Assembly: GCF_000186885.1 (NCBI RefSeq)
Contig: NC_014972.1
Span: forward strand, 2,490,001 to 2,522,000
DNA length: 32,000 nt
DNA from: Desulfobulbus propionicus DSM 2032
GTDB lineage: Bacteria > Desulfobacterota > Desulfobulbia > Desulfobulbales > Desulfobulbaceae
Direction of reading: 5' to 3'
Translations under genes and position numbers: made by a program
The notes under the pieces: generated by a model
Seen by the model: the letters and a program-made list of their open reading frames with translations, nothing else
What the model was told of the DNA's origin: nothing
Databases searched by the model: none
In this document: positions 1 through 8,869 of the stretch, in pieces
Layout of the letters: each line of letters begins with the position of its first letter
How positions within the stretch are numbered: position 1 is the first letter of the stretch

Positions 1-655
1 TGATGCCGCGCCGGGAGAACTCGTTGAGGATGTCGACCAGAATGCCCACCCGGTCATCCAGGGGTTCGGTGATCAGGGTGGTGGCGTCATAGCCCGTGGC
101 CGGTGCCAGTTCATGGCCGAGCACCGCATAGCGGGTCCGGTTGTGCGGGGCCACCTCGCGTTCGATGATCCGCAGGCCGTGGGCGGTCAAGGTTTCGGCG
201 CTGTCGACCACCGCCCTGCCCTTGACCTGGCCGCTTTCGCGGATCTCGGCAATGGCTTGGCTGACATCCTGCACGCTCACCTCGGTGATACCGGGGAGTT
301 GGTTGTCGATGAACTCTTCGCACTGGTTGAACACCTCGCGCTTGCCCACCAGTATCCGCAGCCCAGCCACGGTTTCGTTCTCGTCGAACACGCCCAGGGA
401 CAGATTGGAACTGAGAATGATGTTGCCGACCCAGTAGCCGCTCTTGATCTGATCGAAAAAACGGAAATACTGTTTCTTTTCCCCTTCCCGGGTATTATAC
501 ACCGGCAGGACGGCATACTCGGTCTCGCGGGCGGCAAAGGCATCGAGCAGGGCCTTGACATGGGGATACGGCCGGATCTCCGCCTCGCCGTCGTACTGTA
601 CGGCGGCCTGCCATGACGGCGAGTGTTCCGGGCCAAGGGTTGCGATCGTTTTCAT
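1..655 (-). CDS. pheA: prephenate dehydratase, N-terminal ~218 aa (3' end lies beyond the window edge)
   Basis: Absent from the ORF track because it has no stop codon inside the window. Hand translation of the reverse strand from the ATG at 655..653 gives MKTIATLGPEHSPSWQAAVQYDGEAEIRPYPHVKALLDAFAARETEYAVLPVYNTREGEKK...APHNRTRYAVLG...TTLITEPLDDRVGILVDILNEFSRRGI. This is a PDT domain with the N-x-T-R-(F/Y) motif followed by the start of an ACT domain. Confidence 0.85.
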   Translation of the reverse strand, partial: MKTIATLGPEHSPSWQAAVQYDGEAEIRPYPHVKALLDAFAARETEYAVLPVYNTREGEKKQYFRFFDQIKSGYWVGNIILSSNLSLGVFDENETVAGLRILVGKREVFNQCEEFIDNQLPGITEVSVQDVSQAIAEIRESGQVKGRAVVDSAETLTAHGLRIIEREVAPHNRTRYAVLGHELAPATGYDATTLITEPLDDRVGILVDILNEFSRRGI

Positions 656-903
656 GTTGGGGTGTTCCTGGGTACATATTGACCAGTCCTGCGGGGGCCT
701 CTCGCGCGGCGATCAGCGGCGGATGGCGGAGGACCGGTTGGGGTAAAAAACGAGGCGGCGTTCGGGCCGCATGCGGGGCACGCGATGGGACATCCGACAA
801 AGGGTGGGCGTGCGGTGGCCGGGCGGCGCCGAACAATCACTCCAACAGGGTGCAATACAAGGTTAGTGCCGCGGAGTAAAGCTATTTTTGGCAATAGCGG
901 ACG

Positions 904-3891
904 ATGAAGGTGAAGGCCGTGACAATGCAACCCATTCGGGGAACGGTGGCAGAGTATCTCGCCGCCCTCAAGAGTTCGAGCACATTCGGACCGCAGGTAG
1001 TGGCGCATCGGGTGACTGCTCCTCGCGAGGCCGTCACCCTCCCCCCTGACATGCTGATGCCGGCACTGCGGCAGCTGCTTGAGCTCCGGCGAATGGCTGG
1101 ACTCTATGCCCACCAGCACCAGGCCATTGGCCACATCCTCGCCGGCGGCAACACGGTGGTGGCCACCCCCACCGCCTCGGGCAAGAGCCTGATCTATACC
1201 CTGCCGGTTTTCCAGACGCTGTTGCATTATCCGGCGGCCAAGGCCCTCTACCTCTTTCCCCTTAAGGCCCTGGCCCAGGATCAACTCAAAACCGTGGAGC
1301 AGCTCTGGCACCTGCTGCCGGCAACCCTGCGGGGCGAATTACCGGTTGGGGCCATCTACGACGGCGACACCAGTGGCTACCGACGCAAGAAGATTCGCGA
1401 TGTTCCACCACCGATCATGATCACCAATCCGGACATGCTGCATCTGTCGCTGTTGCCCTACCATGACCGCTGGGCCCATTTTTGGGCCAACCTGCGGTAT
1501 GTGGTGATCGACGAGATCCACACCTATCGTGGGGTCTTCGGTTCGCACGTGGCCTGGGTGATACGGCGGCTCAAACGAATCTGCGCCCTCTATGGCTCCA
1601 GTCCCCTTTTCATCCTTGCCTCGGCGACCATCGGCAACCCCGGTGAACACGGGCGGTTGCTGATCGACGCGCCGGTGACCGAAATCACCCAATCCGGAGC
1701 CGGCAGCGCGGCGCGCCACACCCTGCTGCTCAATCCGCTCGAAAGCGCCGCCACCAGCGCCACTCGGTTGCTGGAGGCGGCGATCAGCCGTGAACTGCGC
1801 ACCATCGTTTACTGTCAGTCGCGCAAGATGACCGAGCTGATCACCGTTTGGACCGAGAAGCGGCTCAAGGAGCGCAAGGGATTGATCGCCTCCTACCGCT
1901 CAGGTTTCCTCCCAGAGGAACGGCGGGGTATCGAGGACCGGCTGGCCTCCGGCAGTTTGCTGGGGGTAATCTCCACCTCGGCCCTGGAACTGGGAATCGA
2001 TATCGGCCACTTGGACCTCTGCATTCTTGTCGGCTACCCCGGCTCGATGATGGCCACCTGGCAACGGGCCGGACGGGTCGGACGCAAGCAACAGGAATCG
2101 CTGGTGGTGCTGATTGGCCACGAGGATGCCCTGGATCAGCACTTCATGCGCCATCCGGAGGATTTTTTTTCCCGGCCGGTGGAACCGGTGACCATGCATG
2201 TCGGCAATCCTCATATCGCTGGTCCGCAACTGGTCTGTGCCGCTGCGGAAATCCCGTTCTCCGCCACCGACCCGTTGCTGGCCACACCGGAAATGAGGGC
2301 GATGATCGAGCGGCTCACCAGGCAGGCAACGCTGTTGCAATCCGCAGACGGCAACACCTGGTTTTCACCACAACGCTATCCGCAGCGCCATGTCAATCTG
2401 CGGGGCGGCGGCACCACCCTGTCGATTCTGGTTAACCAACCACGGCGTCAGCTGCTGGGGATCATCGATGCCCATCGGGCCCTGCGCGAATGTCATCCCG
2501 GAGCCATCTACCTCCACATGGCCCGGACCTATCATGTCGACAGCCTCGATCTGGAAGGAGGGGAAATCCTGGTCACCGAGGCCAAACCCGCCTATTTCAC
2601 CCGGGTACTGACCGAGAAGAGCACGGAAATCATGGCGATCATTGAGACGACCCGTTGCGGGGCCGCCCAAGTACGTTACGGCACGCTGCGGGTGACCGAA
2701 CGCATTACCGGCTATCACCGCATCGCCCACGGCAGCTTGCGGATCATCAACCGGGTACCGCTTGATCTGCCGCCGCAACGGTTTGAAACCGAAGGATTCT
2801 GGGTGGAAATTCCCGACTGGCTGCAAAGAAGGACGGAGGAGGCCAAGCTGCACTTCATGGGCGGCATCCATGCCCTGGAACATGCGATGATCGGCCTGAT
2901 GCCGCTGATGGTTCTCTGCGACCGCAACGACTTGGGCGGAATTTCCCATCCATGGCACGATCAGGTGGCTGGTCCGGCGGTCTTTGTCTACGACGGTCAC
3001 GCCGGTGGCATGGGGCTGACCGCCCGCGCCTTTGGCGCCATGCAGCGCCTCCTTCAACAAACCCGGCAGTTGGTGGCCGATTGTCCGTGCGACCTTGGAT
3101 GCCCGTCCTGCGTCCATTCCCCCAAATGCGGCTCCGGCAACCGGCCCATCGACAAGCAGGCCTGTGGGTTTCTGCTTGAGCAGCTGATGCATCCCGCCAT
3201 GCCGGCGGTGCGGGAAGTCGCCAAGCACCCCCGTCCCCTGCCACAGGCTGTCAAGGAGCGGCAACGACCGGCCGATCTTCCGCGAAATTTTGGGGTATTC
3301 GATATCGAGACCCAGCGATCAGCCGAAGAAGTCGGCGGCTGGCACCGGGCGGAATTGATGCGCGTTAGTGTCGCCGTGCTGTACGAAAGTTGCGGCCAAC
3401 GATTCACCACCTACACCGAAGCCACTGTCGGCGCACTCATTGAACGTCTCTTTGCCTTGGACCTGGTGGTCGGATTCAACAACAAGCGCTTCGACAACAA
3501 GGTGCTTTCGGCCTATACCAATCGCGATCTTGGGCTGCTGCCCTCTTTTGACCTGTTGGAGGCGATCAGCGGTCTGCTGGGCTACCGGCTCAGCCTCGAC
3601 CGATTGGCGGAAAAAACATTGCGAGTGAAAAAAGAGGGCAACGGCCTGGAGGCGCTTCGCTGGTTCAAAAGGGGAGAAATGGAGAAATTGGCGGCATATT
3701 GCCGCAAGGACGTGGAAATCACTCGGGATTTGTTTCTGTACGGCTGCCGGCAGCAGTATCTCCTGTTCCAGAACAAGGCGGGTCAGGAGGTACGGCTGCC
3801 GGTGGACTTCATCCAATCAATCGAGCAAATACTCGACCAGAGGGAGCGGATGCTCAGGGCCAGACAAGATCTTTCTGCACCCAGCCAGTGA
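904..3891 (+). CDS. DEAD/DEAH-box helicase of the MrfA/YprA (Lhr-like) type with a DUF1998-type 4-Cys Zn domain and a fused C-terminal DEDD (DnaQ-like) 3'-5' exonuclease domain
   Basis: 995-aa ORF. Helicase motif I is ATPTASGKS, motif II is VIDEIH, motif III is SAT, and motif VI resembles QRAGRVGR. The Zn module is CPCDLGCPSCVHSPKCGSGN. The C-terminal ~190 aa carry FDIET (Exo I), GFNNKRFDNKVL (Exo II) and YCRKDVEITRDLF (Exo III, Y-x3-D). An alternative start exists at 925. Confidence 0.85.
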   Translation: MKVKAVTMQPIRGTVAEYLAALKSSSTFGPQVVAHRVTAPREAVTLPPDMLMPALRQLLELRRMAGLYAHQHQAIGHILAGGNTVVATPTASGKSLIYTLPVFQTLLHYPAAKALYLFPLKALAQDQLKTVEQLWHLLPATLRGELPVGAIYDGDTSGYRRKKIRDVPPPIMITNPDMLHLSLLPYHDRWAHFWANLRYVVIDEIHTYRGVFGSHVAWVIRRLKRICALYGSSPLFILASATIGNPGEHGRLLIDAPVTEITQSGAGSAARHTLLLNPLESAATSATRLLEAAISRELRTIVYCQSRKMTELITVWTEKRLKERKGLIASYRSGFLPEERRGIEDRLASGSLLGVISTSALELGIDIGHLDLCILVGYPGSMMATWQRAGRVGRKQQESLVVLIGHEDALDQHFMRHPEDFFSRPVEPVTMHVGNPHIAGPQLVCAAAEIPFSATDPLLATPEMRAMIERLTRQATLLQSADGNTWFSPQRYPQRHVNLRGGGTTLSILVNQPRRQLLGIIDAHRALRECHPGAIYLHMARTYHVDSLDLEGGEILVTEAKPAYFTRVLTEKSTEIMAIIETTRCGAAQVRYGTLRVTERITGYHRIAHGSLRIINRVPLDLPPQRFETEGFWVEIPDWLQRRTEEAKLHFMGGIHALEHAMIGLMPLMVLCDRNDLGGISHPWHDQVAGPAVFVYDGHAGGMGLTARAFGAMQRLLQQTRQLVADCPCDLGCPSCVHSPKCGSGNRPIDKQACGFLLEQLMHPAMPAVREVAKHPRPLPQAVKERQRPADLPRNFGVFDIETQRSAEEVGGWHRAELMRVSVAVLYESCGQRFTTYTEATVGALIERLFALDLVVGFNNKRFDNKVLSAYTNRDLGLLPSFDLLEAISGLLGYRLSLDRLAEKTLRVKKEGNGLEALRWFKRGEMEKLAAYCRKDVEITRDLFLYGCRQQYLLFQNKAGQEVRLPVDFIQSIEQILDQRERMLRARQDLSAPSQ

Positions 3892-4303
3892 GATCGGGGT
3901 GAGAGATCTTGATCCAGTCCCCCTTCTGCTCGACCTTCTTGAAGATCACGTCCTTGACCCCCTTACCCACCACCGAGTCATTGGCGCTGGGGCCGCTGCG
4001 GATATTGCATTCCTTCACCTTGACAATCACGTAGGGCGTTTTGCTGACCAACGATTCGGTGATATAACCCTTGTCACCCTCGTAATCGCTGACCTTCAAC
4101 CACTGTCCCTCTTTGCTGAGAATTTCAAGCGGGTAGCCCGAAGGCAACTGATAGAGAATGTCGGTGTTGGTGTTGGGGCCGGAACGGAGATTGACTCCAT
4201 CCTTGACGACGCTGACATACTCCGCGCCCAGAACGGTGCTCACAGCAAAGGCAGAGGCCAGCAAACTCAATGGTATCGTCTTAATCAACGGTCGAAAGGT
4301 CAT
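3854..4303 (-). CDS. secreted protein with two bacterial SH3 (SH3b) domains
   Basis: The ORF 3854..4336 was trimmed to the ATG at 4303, which is preceded by AAAGGAG with 7-nt spacing. The N-terminus MTFRPLIKTIPLSLLASAFAVSTVLGA looks like a signal peptide. It is followed by two repeats of the V..G.N(L/I)RSGP....(G/W)(Y/W)(I/V) SH3b pattern. Confidence 0.7.
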   Translation of the reverse strand: MTFRPLIKTIPLSLLASAFAVSTVLGAEYVSVVKDGVNLRSGPNTNTDILYQLPSGYPLEILSKEGQWLKVSDYEGDKGYITESLVSKTPYVIVKVKECNIRSGPSANDSVVGKGVKDVIFKKVEQKGDWIKISHPDLTGWVQKDLVWP

Positions 4304-5090
4304 CACGATCTCCTTTGTCCAAAATTTGCGTTCCATTGTCCCCTGTGACGGCGGAACCGGTCAATAACATAAAATACTCTTGATTGCCCTTGGCCCCCTT
4401 GACGCCGGAGGCGATGATGCGTTCACACCCCAGCCCCAACCGTTGCCCGAACTGTTGCACCATGTGCAGGGCCTGCCGGTGCAACAGCTCGTCGCTGACA
4501 ATCCCCCCATCGTCCACCAGCTCGCGGGGCAGTTGAAACTGCGGCTTGACCAGAGCCACAATGCGAACAACGCCTTTAAAAAGCGGGATGAGGGGAGGCA
4601 AAAGCGGTTCGAGCGAGATAAACGAAGCATCGATCACGGCCAGATCGAGGCATTTCGGTATGTGGTGCGTGGTCAGATGGCGGGCATTGGTCCGTTCGAG
4701 CACCACCACCCGCTGGTCGTTGCGCAGTTTCCAATCCAGCAGTCCATAGCCCACGTCAACACAGTAGACCCTGCGTGCACCGTGCTGCAGCAGGCAGTCG
4801 GTGAATCCACCGGTGGAACTGCCGATATCGGCGCAGACCCAGTCGTGGGGAGTGATCGCCAAACCGGTCAGACCGGTTTCCAACTTATCGCCACCGCGAC
4901 TGACAAAGCGTTTCCCCCCTTTGACCGAAACATGGGAGGTGGCCGCGACCTGCGCGCCGGCCTTGTCCAGGCATTGATCGTTTACCAATACCTGCCCCGC
5001 GCCGATTAGCCGCCTGGCGTGGTCGATATTGTCGGCCATCCCCCGCTCGACGAGCAGGAGATCAAGCCGTTGTTTCTGTTTTCCCGCCAA
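4281..5090 (-). CDS. tlyA: TlyA-family rRNA (cytidine-2'-O)-methyltransferase (S4 domain + FtsJ-like methyltransferase)
   Basis: The N-terminal S4-like segment is RLDLLLVERGMADNIDHARRLIGAGQVLVN. The SAM motif is DIGSSTGGFTDCLLQHGARRVYCVDVG. KPQFQL and EYFMLL are typical of TlyA. The apparent start codon is TTG, directly after AAGGAG. Confidence 0.85.
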   Translation of the reverse strand: MAGKQKQRLDLLLVERGMADNIDHARRLIGAGQVLVNDQCLDKAGAQVAATSHVSVKGGKRFVSRGGDKLETGLTGLAITPHDWVCADIGSSTGGFTDCLLQHGARRVYCVDVGYGLLDWKLRNDQRVVVLERTNARHLTTHHIPKCLDLAVIDASFISLEPLLPPLIPLFKGVVRIVALVKPQFQLPRELVDDGGIVSDELLHRQALHMVQQFGQRLGLGCERIIASGVKGAKGNQEYFMLLTGSAVTGDNGTQILDKGDRDDLSTVD

Positions 5091-5102
5091 CGCTCCTTGT
5101 CG

Positions 5103-6236
5103 CTACAGTTTACCCAGCCGTTCCTTGGCCTGCGACGCCTCCGCGCTGCCGCCATGGTCACTGATCAATTTTTTATATATGATCTTAGCGGTTTCATGGT
5201 CGGTTAGCTTTTCAAAGGACATCCCTTGTTTGAGCAGTGCCGCAGGAGCCAGCGCATCCTTGCCGTGATTGGAAATGACTTTTTGATAGTCCAGGATGGC
5301 CAGGTCATACTCGCCTTGATTGTACAGGGATTCTCCCATGTAATACAGCGACTTGGCTGCCTGGGAACCATTGGGGTTGGTCGACAACGACTGTTCGAAG
5401 GATTTGTAGGCTTCTTTGTAGTTCTTTCCTTTATACTGATTCATCCCCTGGGAAAAAGGATCGGAAGAGGAAGAGGCGGCCTGACTCTTTTCCTCAGGGG
5501 CTGCTGAGGATGCGGCTTTGGTGGATGCTGGCGGTGCGGCTGCCGCCGTCTGCGCTGCAGGTTGTTCGGCGGCCTTTTTCGTGGTTGTGGGCATGGTCGT
5601 GGTTGCGGCCGTGGTCTGGGACGACGCCGTTGAGGCAACCTTGGTCTTTTTGGAACCAGGCTCCACTTTGACAAAAGCACTCGAAGATGGAGCGGAAGCT
5701 GGCGACACCGCTGTCGTGGCTACCGGAGCAGCAGAGCTGGCGGCCGAAGCGGCGCGCTGTTTGGCGGCTTCCGCCTTTTGCGCGGCCGCCTGGGCGCGCT
5801 TTTCCGCTTCATTAATTTTATCTTGCTGAATTTTTGTAAAATTTTCACTAATGAGCGAAATTTTCTCTTCCAGTACTGCTACCTTTTGACTGAGCTCAGA
5901 GATTTTGGCATCCTGATCTGTCCGCGCATTCTCCATGGAGGACTGCAGATTGGCGATATTCTGATTGACCTGTTCACGGAACTGGCTGGTCTGGGAGGCG
6001 TTCTCCTCGATGCTTGACTTGATCCGCAAGGTTTCGTCCTCGACCTGATCAATCTTGCTTACCGAACTGGCCTGCTTCTTCTGCATTTGGTTAACCGTGT
6101 TGCTTTTCACGTCTTCAAGCTTTTGATTCATCGCTCGAAGCTGGTACTGCAAATTTTGCACTTCATCCTGTGAGGCACATTGGGTCAACAGCATCAGCGA
6201 GCAACCCGCCACCGCGATATTTCTTATGGTTTTCAT
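5103..6236 (-). CDS. cpoB: Tol-Pal system protein CpoB/YbgF (N-terminal coiled coil, long Ala/Thr/Ser/Pro-rich linker, C-terminal TPR)
   Basis: The signal sequence is MKTIRNIAVAGCSLMLLTQCAS. The N-terminal half is coiled-coil-like and rich in Q/E/K. The C-terminal TPR block is YKGKNYKEAYKSFEQSL...YYMGESLYNQGEYDLAILDYQKVI...LKQGMSFEKL. The gene lies directly downstream of tolB. Confidence 0.8.
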   Translation of the reverse strand: MKTIRNIAVAGCSLMLLTQCASQDEVQNLQYQLRAMNQKLEDVKSNTVNQMQKKQASSVSKIDQVEDETLRIKSSIEENASQTSQFREQVNQNIANLQSSMENARTDQDAKISELSQKVAVLEEKISLISENFTKIQQDKINEAEKRAQAAAQKAEAAKQRAASAASSAAPVATTAVSPASAPSSSAFVKVEPGSKKTKVASTASSQTTAATTTMPTTTKKAAEQPAAQTAAAAPPASTKAASSAAPEEKSQAASSSSDPFSQGMNQYKGKNYKEAYKSFEQSLSTNPNGSQAAKSLYYMGESLYNQGEYDLAILDYQKVISNHGKDALAPAALLKQGMSFEKLTDHETAKIIYKKLISDHGGSAEASQAKERLGKL

Positions 6237-6334
6237 ACTCTAGGGCTCCCTTGCTCTCAGAGAACGTTAACGGTTTTCATCACCTGGAAAATAGTTCTCC
6301 GTTCCGATTCAGATGTGCATCAACAAACGTTTCG

Positions 6335-7621
6335 TCAAGGCAATCGGCCCGACCATTGGGGATAGGATTGATTGCCCTTCATGGCAAAAAGCGATCGAAC
6401 ATCCTTGCCGCTCTTGCTGACCACGCAAATTTCCGATCGGCTGCCACTCTTTCGAGTCACCGCGAGCAGCCGGCCATCGGGGGACCATGTTGGCGACTCG
6501 TAGTTGCCGCCGCCGGTACTCAACTGGCGGACATTCCCTCCGTTGCGGTCCATGACGAAAAGCTGGTAGATCCCTCCTTGCAGGCCGGTAAAGGCAATCT
6601 CATCTCCCTTGGGCGACCAGACGGGTTCGCTGTTTTCAGGACATTTGAAAGTCAGGCGTTTGGCTTGGCCACCTCCGGCACTCATCACATAGACGTTGGG
6701 TTTGCCGCTCCGATCGGACACAAAGGCAAGAGTTTGGCCGTCGGGAGAATAAGAAGCCGACACGTTGATACCGGCGCCAGAAGTCAATTGCCTGATGATG
6801 TTGCCTTGACGATCCATGGAATACAAATCAGGGTTACCGCCTTTGCTCAAGGTGACAACCATGGTACGGCCATCGGGGGAAAAGGTTGGCGCCAGATTCA
6901 AGCCGTTACGTCGTGACAGGGCATTGGTCGCTGTATTCTGCCGCAGATCGGTGATGTACAGATCCTGATTTCCCCGATGATAGGTCGAGTAAGCGAGGTA
7001 ATTGCCATCCGGAGTAAAACGAGGGGAAACACAAAGCGCCCGATGACGAGTGACCTGACGAGGATGTCGTCCGAGGATATCGGAAATGTACACTTCTTTC
7101 CGTCCTGTCGCGTCGGAAACATAGGCTATCCTGGTTCGCGCCACGCCCATCTCTCCAGTGAAGTCCTGGATCAGGGTGTCGCACAAGCGCAACGTCATGT
7201 CTTCGAGTTGGGCGGCGGACCCTTTGAATCGACGACCGGCCAGTGACGCATTGCTGGCCACGTCAAGAATCTGTCCTTCGACTGCAATCCCGGCAGGGTC
7301 GCCGCTGACCTGGCCCAGGACCACGTAGTCGGCACCCAGGGATTTCCAGTCCGCATCGCGACTGCCGCCATACCGGCTTGAATCGATGACGCCGATAAAG
7401 CCGTGCAGCTCAAGCCCCTTGGTGAGCAACTGCGCGACGGCGGCACCTTGATTGCCTCCACTGCCGCTGAAATTGGGCACTGCGACCATGATCTTGCGGA
7501 CATCGGACGCACTGATGTCGTAATAGGTCCGTTCTTCCGCTTGAAGATTCCGCGCCGACAGGCAGGAAAGAAAACTTACCGCCAAGATAACGACTGTGAA
7601 AAGAGAGTGTCTGCGTTTCAT
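6335..7621 (-). CDS. tolB: Tol-Pal system beta-propeller protein TolB
   Basis: 428 aa with a signal peptide and an N-terminal TolB domain. Propeller blades repeat with the (F/W)SPDG motif: TPDGNYLAY, FSPDGRTMVV, YSPDGQTLAF, WSPKGDEIAF, WSPDGRLLAV. The gene sits downstream of tolQRA. Confidence 0.9.
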   Translation of the reverse strand: MKRRHSLFTVVILAVSFLSCLSARNLQAEERTYYDISASDVRKIMVAVPNFSGSGGNQGAAVAQLLTKGLELHGFIGVIDSSRYGGSRDADWKSLGADYVVLGQVSGDPAGIAVEGQILDVASNASLAGRRFKGSAAQLEDMTLRLCDTLIQDFTGEMGVARTRIAYVSDATGRKEVYISDILGRHPRQVTRHRALCVSPRFTPDGNYLAYSTYHRGNQDLYITDLRQNTATNALSRRNGLNLAPTFSPDGRTMVVTLSKGGNPDLYSMDRQGNIIRQLTSGAGINVSASYSPDGQTLAFVSDRSGKPNVYVMSAGGGQAKRLTFKCPENSEPVWSPKGDEIAFTGLQGGIYQLFVMDRNGGNVRQLSTGGGNYESPTWSPDGRLLAVTRKSGSRSEICVVSKSGKDVRSLFAMKGNQSYPQWSGRLP

Positions 7622-7682
7622 AGTAAGATGTGGGTAATGGTGTATTCTTGTTCAGCCCGGCAAGACATTTTGTATACACAAT

Positions 7683-8849
7683 CTATCGCAACTTGCCAAG
7701 TTCACGAACATTAAAATTACAGGGCACTTCCGTGGTCTCCTCGGTCATCAGGGCGGGGAATGGCGGCATGGGCACGGCCCGGTTGATCGCCTTTTCCACC
7801 AGCTGATCGAATTGGGGGTCTCCCGAACGTCGTTCGAATTGAATGCGGACGACCTCACCCTTTTTATTGATGGTAATCACGACATTGGAGGCCAGACTGT
7901 TGTCCCAGCTGCGGGTGTCCGGCAGTTGCCAGAATTCATTGATCCGGGACGCCGCTGTTTTGCCGTAGGTTTGCGCCACAATACCACTGGCTGCGGCCCG
8001 ACCGGTCGTGGTACCAGTGGCAGCACCTTGCATGGAGGCCGCCTTGCGGGCTGCATCCGCTCGCGCCGCAGCCAAAGCGGCATTGGCGGCATTGGCCTGG
8101 GCCGCCAGCTCCCTGGCTTCCGCAGCAGCCTCACGAGCTTCGTTTTCCGCCCGAATCTGGTCCAGCCGAGCTTGAGCAAGGGCTTTTTTGCGTTCGTCCT
8201 CGCGACGCTGCACCTCCTTCCGCTCGGCCTCACGCTTGCGCTCTTCAATCTTCTTCTGCAGCTCCTGCTCTTCTTGTTTACGCTGCTCAGCCTCGCGCTT
8301 GCGCTCTTCGATCTTCTTCTGCAGCTCCTGCTCTTCCTGTTTGCGTTCTTCCTGCTCGCGCTCCTTGACTTTCTCCTCTTCCAGCCGTGTATCCTGTGCC
8401 TTCTTTATTTTGCGTTTTTCGGGCGCAAGCGAAATAGGATCCTTTGTTTCCACCGGCTCTGGTGCGGTTGTTTCGGGCTCCACAGCCACCTTTTCCTTGG
8501 GGGTTGGAGCAACGGTTTGTGGCGGAGATGCCGGTTCCGGGGGAGCCGCCGGTTCTGGTGGAGGGGGCGGTGGAGATGGTGGTTCTACTTTTTTCTCAAC
8601 GGCTGGCTTGCTCGGCTTGGCGGAAGGAGCAGCCGCTGGCGGCGCGCCGCCGCCTCCAACATCCGGTAGCGAGACGAGGCTGACGGAAACGACCTCCTCG
8701 ACGATCGGCTTAGAGGAAAACAGTGAAGGCATGAACACAACAGACAAAACAACAGCCACATGAACGCCAAGAGCGAGCAATGTGGCCAGCCACCAACGTC
8801 TGTCGGTTTCCTGCTGAAGGAGATAGAATTCCGTCTCGGTATACTGCAC
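7683..8849 (-). CDS. tolA: TolA-like protein (N-terminal TM anchor, Pro-rich and Glu/Lys/Arg-rich helical spacer, TonB/TolA-type C-terminal domain)
   Basis: The TM anchor is WWLATLLALGVHVAVVLSVVF. It is followed by a PPPPPEPAAPPEPASPP tract, a long EEKVKEREQEERKQEEQELQKK charged helix and a globular C-terminus. The gene lies between tolR and tolB. Confidence 0.7.
   Translation of the reverse strand: MQYTETEFYLLQQETDRRWWLATLLALGVHVAVVLSVVFMPSLFSSKPIVEEVVSVSLVSLPDVGGGGAPPAAAPSAKPSKPAVEKKVEPPSPPPPPPEPAAPPEPASPPQTVAPTPKEKVAVEPETTAPEPVETKDPISLAPEKRKIKKAQDTRLEEEKVKEREQEERKQEEQELQKKIEERKREAEQRKQEEQELQKKIEERKREAERKEVQRREDERKKALAQARLDQIRAENEAREAAAEARELAAQANAANAALAAARADAARKAASMQGAATGTTTGRAAASGIVAQTYGKTAASRINEFWQLPDTRSWDNSLASNVVITINKKGEVVRIQFERRSGDPQFDQLVEKAINRAVPMPPFPALMTEETTEVPCNFNVRELGKLR
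8228..8353. repeat. 63-bp in-frame tandem duplication (2 copies) inside tolA
   Basis: Copy 8228-8290 and copy 8291-8353 align base for base. The first ~52 nt differ at 4 positions. The copies encode RKQEEQELQKKIEERKREAEQ and RKQEEQELQKKIEERKREAER. Confidence 0.85.
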
Positions 8850-8869
8850 AGCTATACAACTCGTTCCTT

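Noticed and set aside
113-616. Track ORFs 113..616 (+), 141..437 (+), 277..636 (-) and 495..836 (-) at the left edge
   Set aside because: All overlap the hand-translated pheA reading frame (1..655, minus), which has clear prephenate dehydratase motifs. Their translations are Arg/Gly/Pro-rich nonsense, typical of off-frame or antisense ORFs in GC-rich coding DNA.
652-1311. Long antisense or off-frame ORFs inside strongly supported genes, e.g. 652..1311(-), 2365..3264(-), 7812..8669(+), 11962..12882(+), 13935..14909(-), 17240..17761(-), 18516..19100(-), 21384..22103(+), 24017..24595(+), 24623..25576(+), 27429..28403(-), 29015..29779(+), 29801..30283(+)
   Set aside because: Each lies opposite to, or out of frame with, a gene carrying unambiguous family motifs. 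They lack an RBS and have biased low-complexity composition.
8188-8763. Whether the repetitive DNA in tolA could be a CRISPR-like or mobile repeat
   Set aside because: There are only two directly adjacent 63-bp copies with no spacers. They are in frame and encode a duplicated helical segment, so this is an intragenic duplication, not a CRISPR array or IS remnant.
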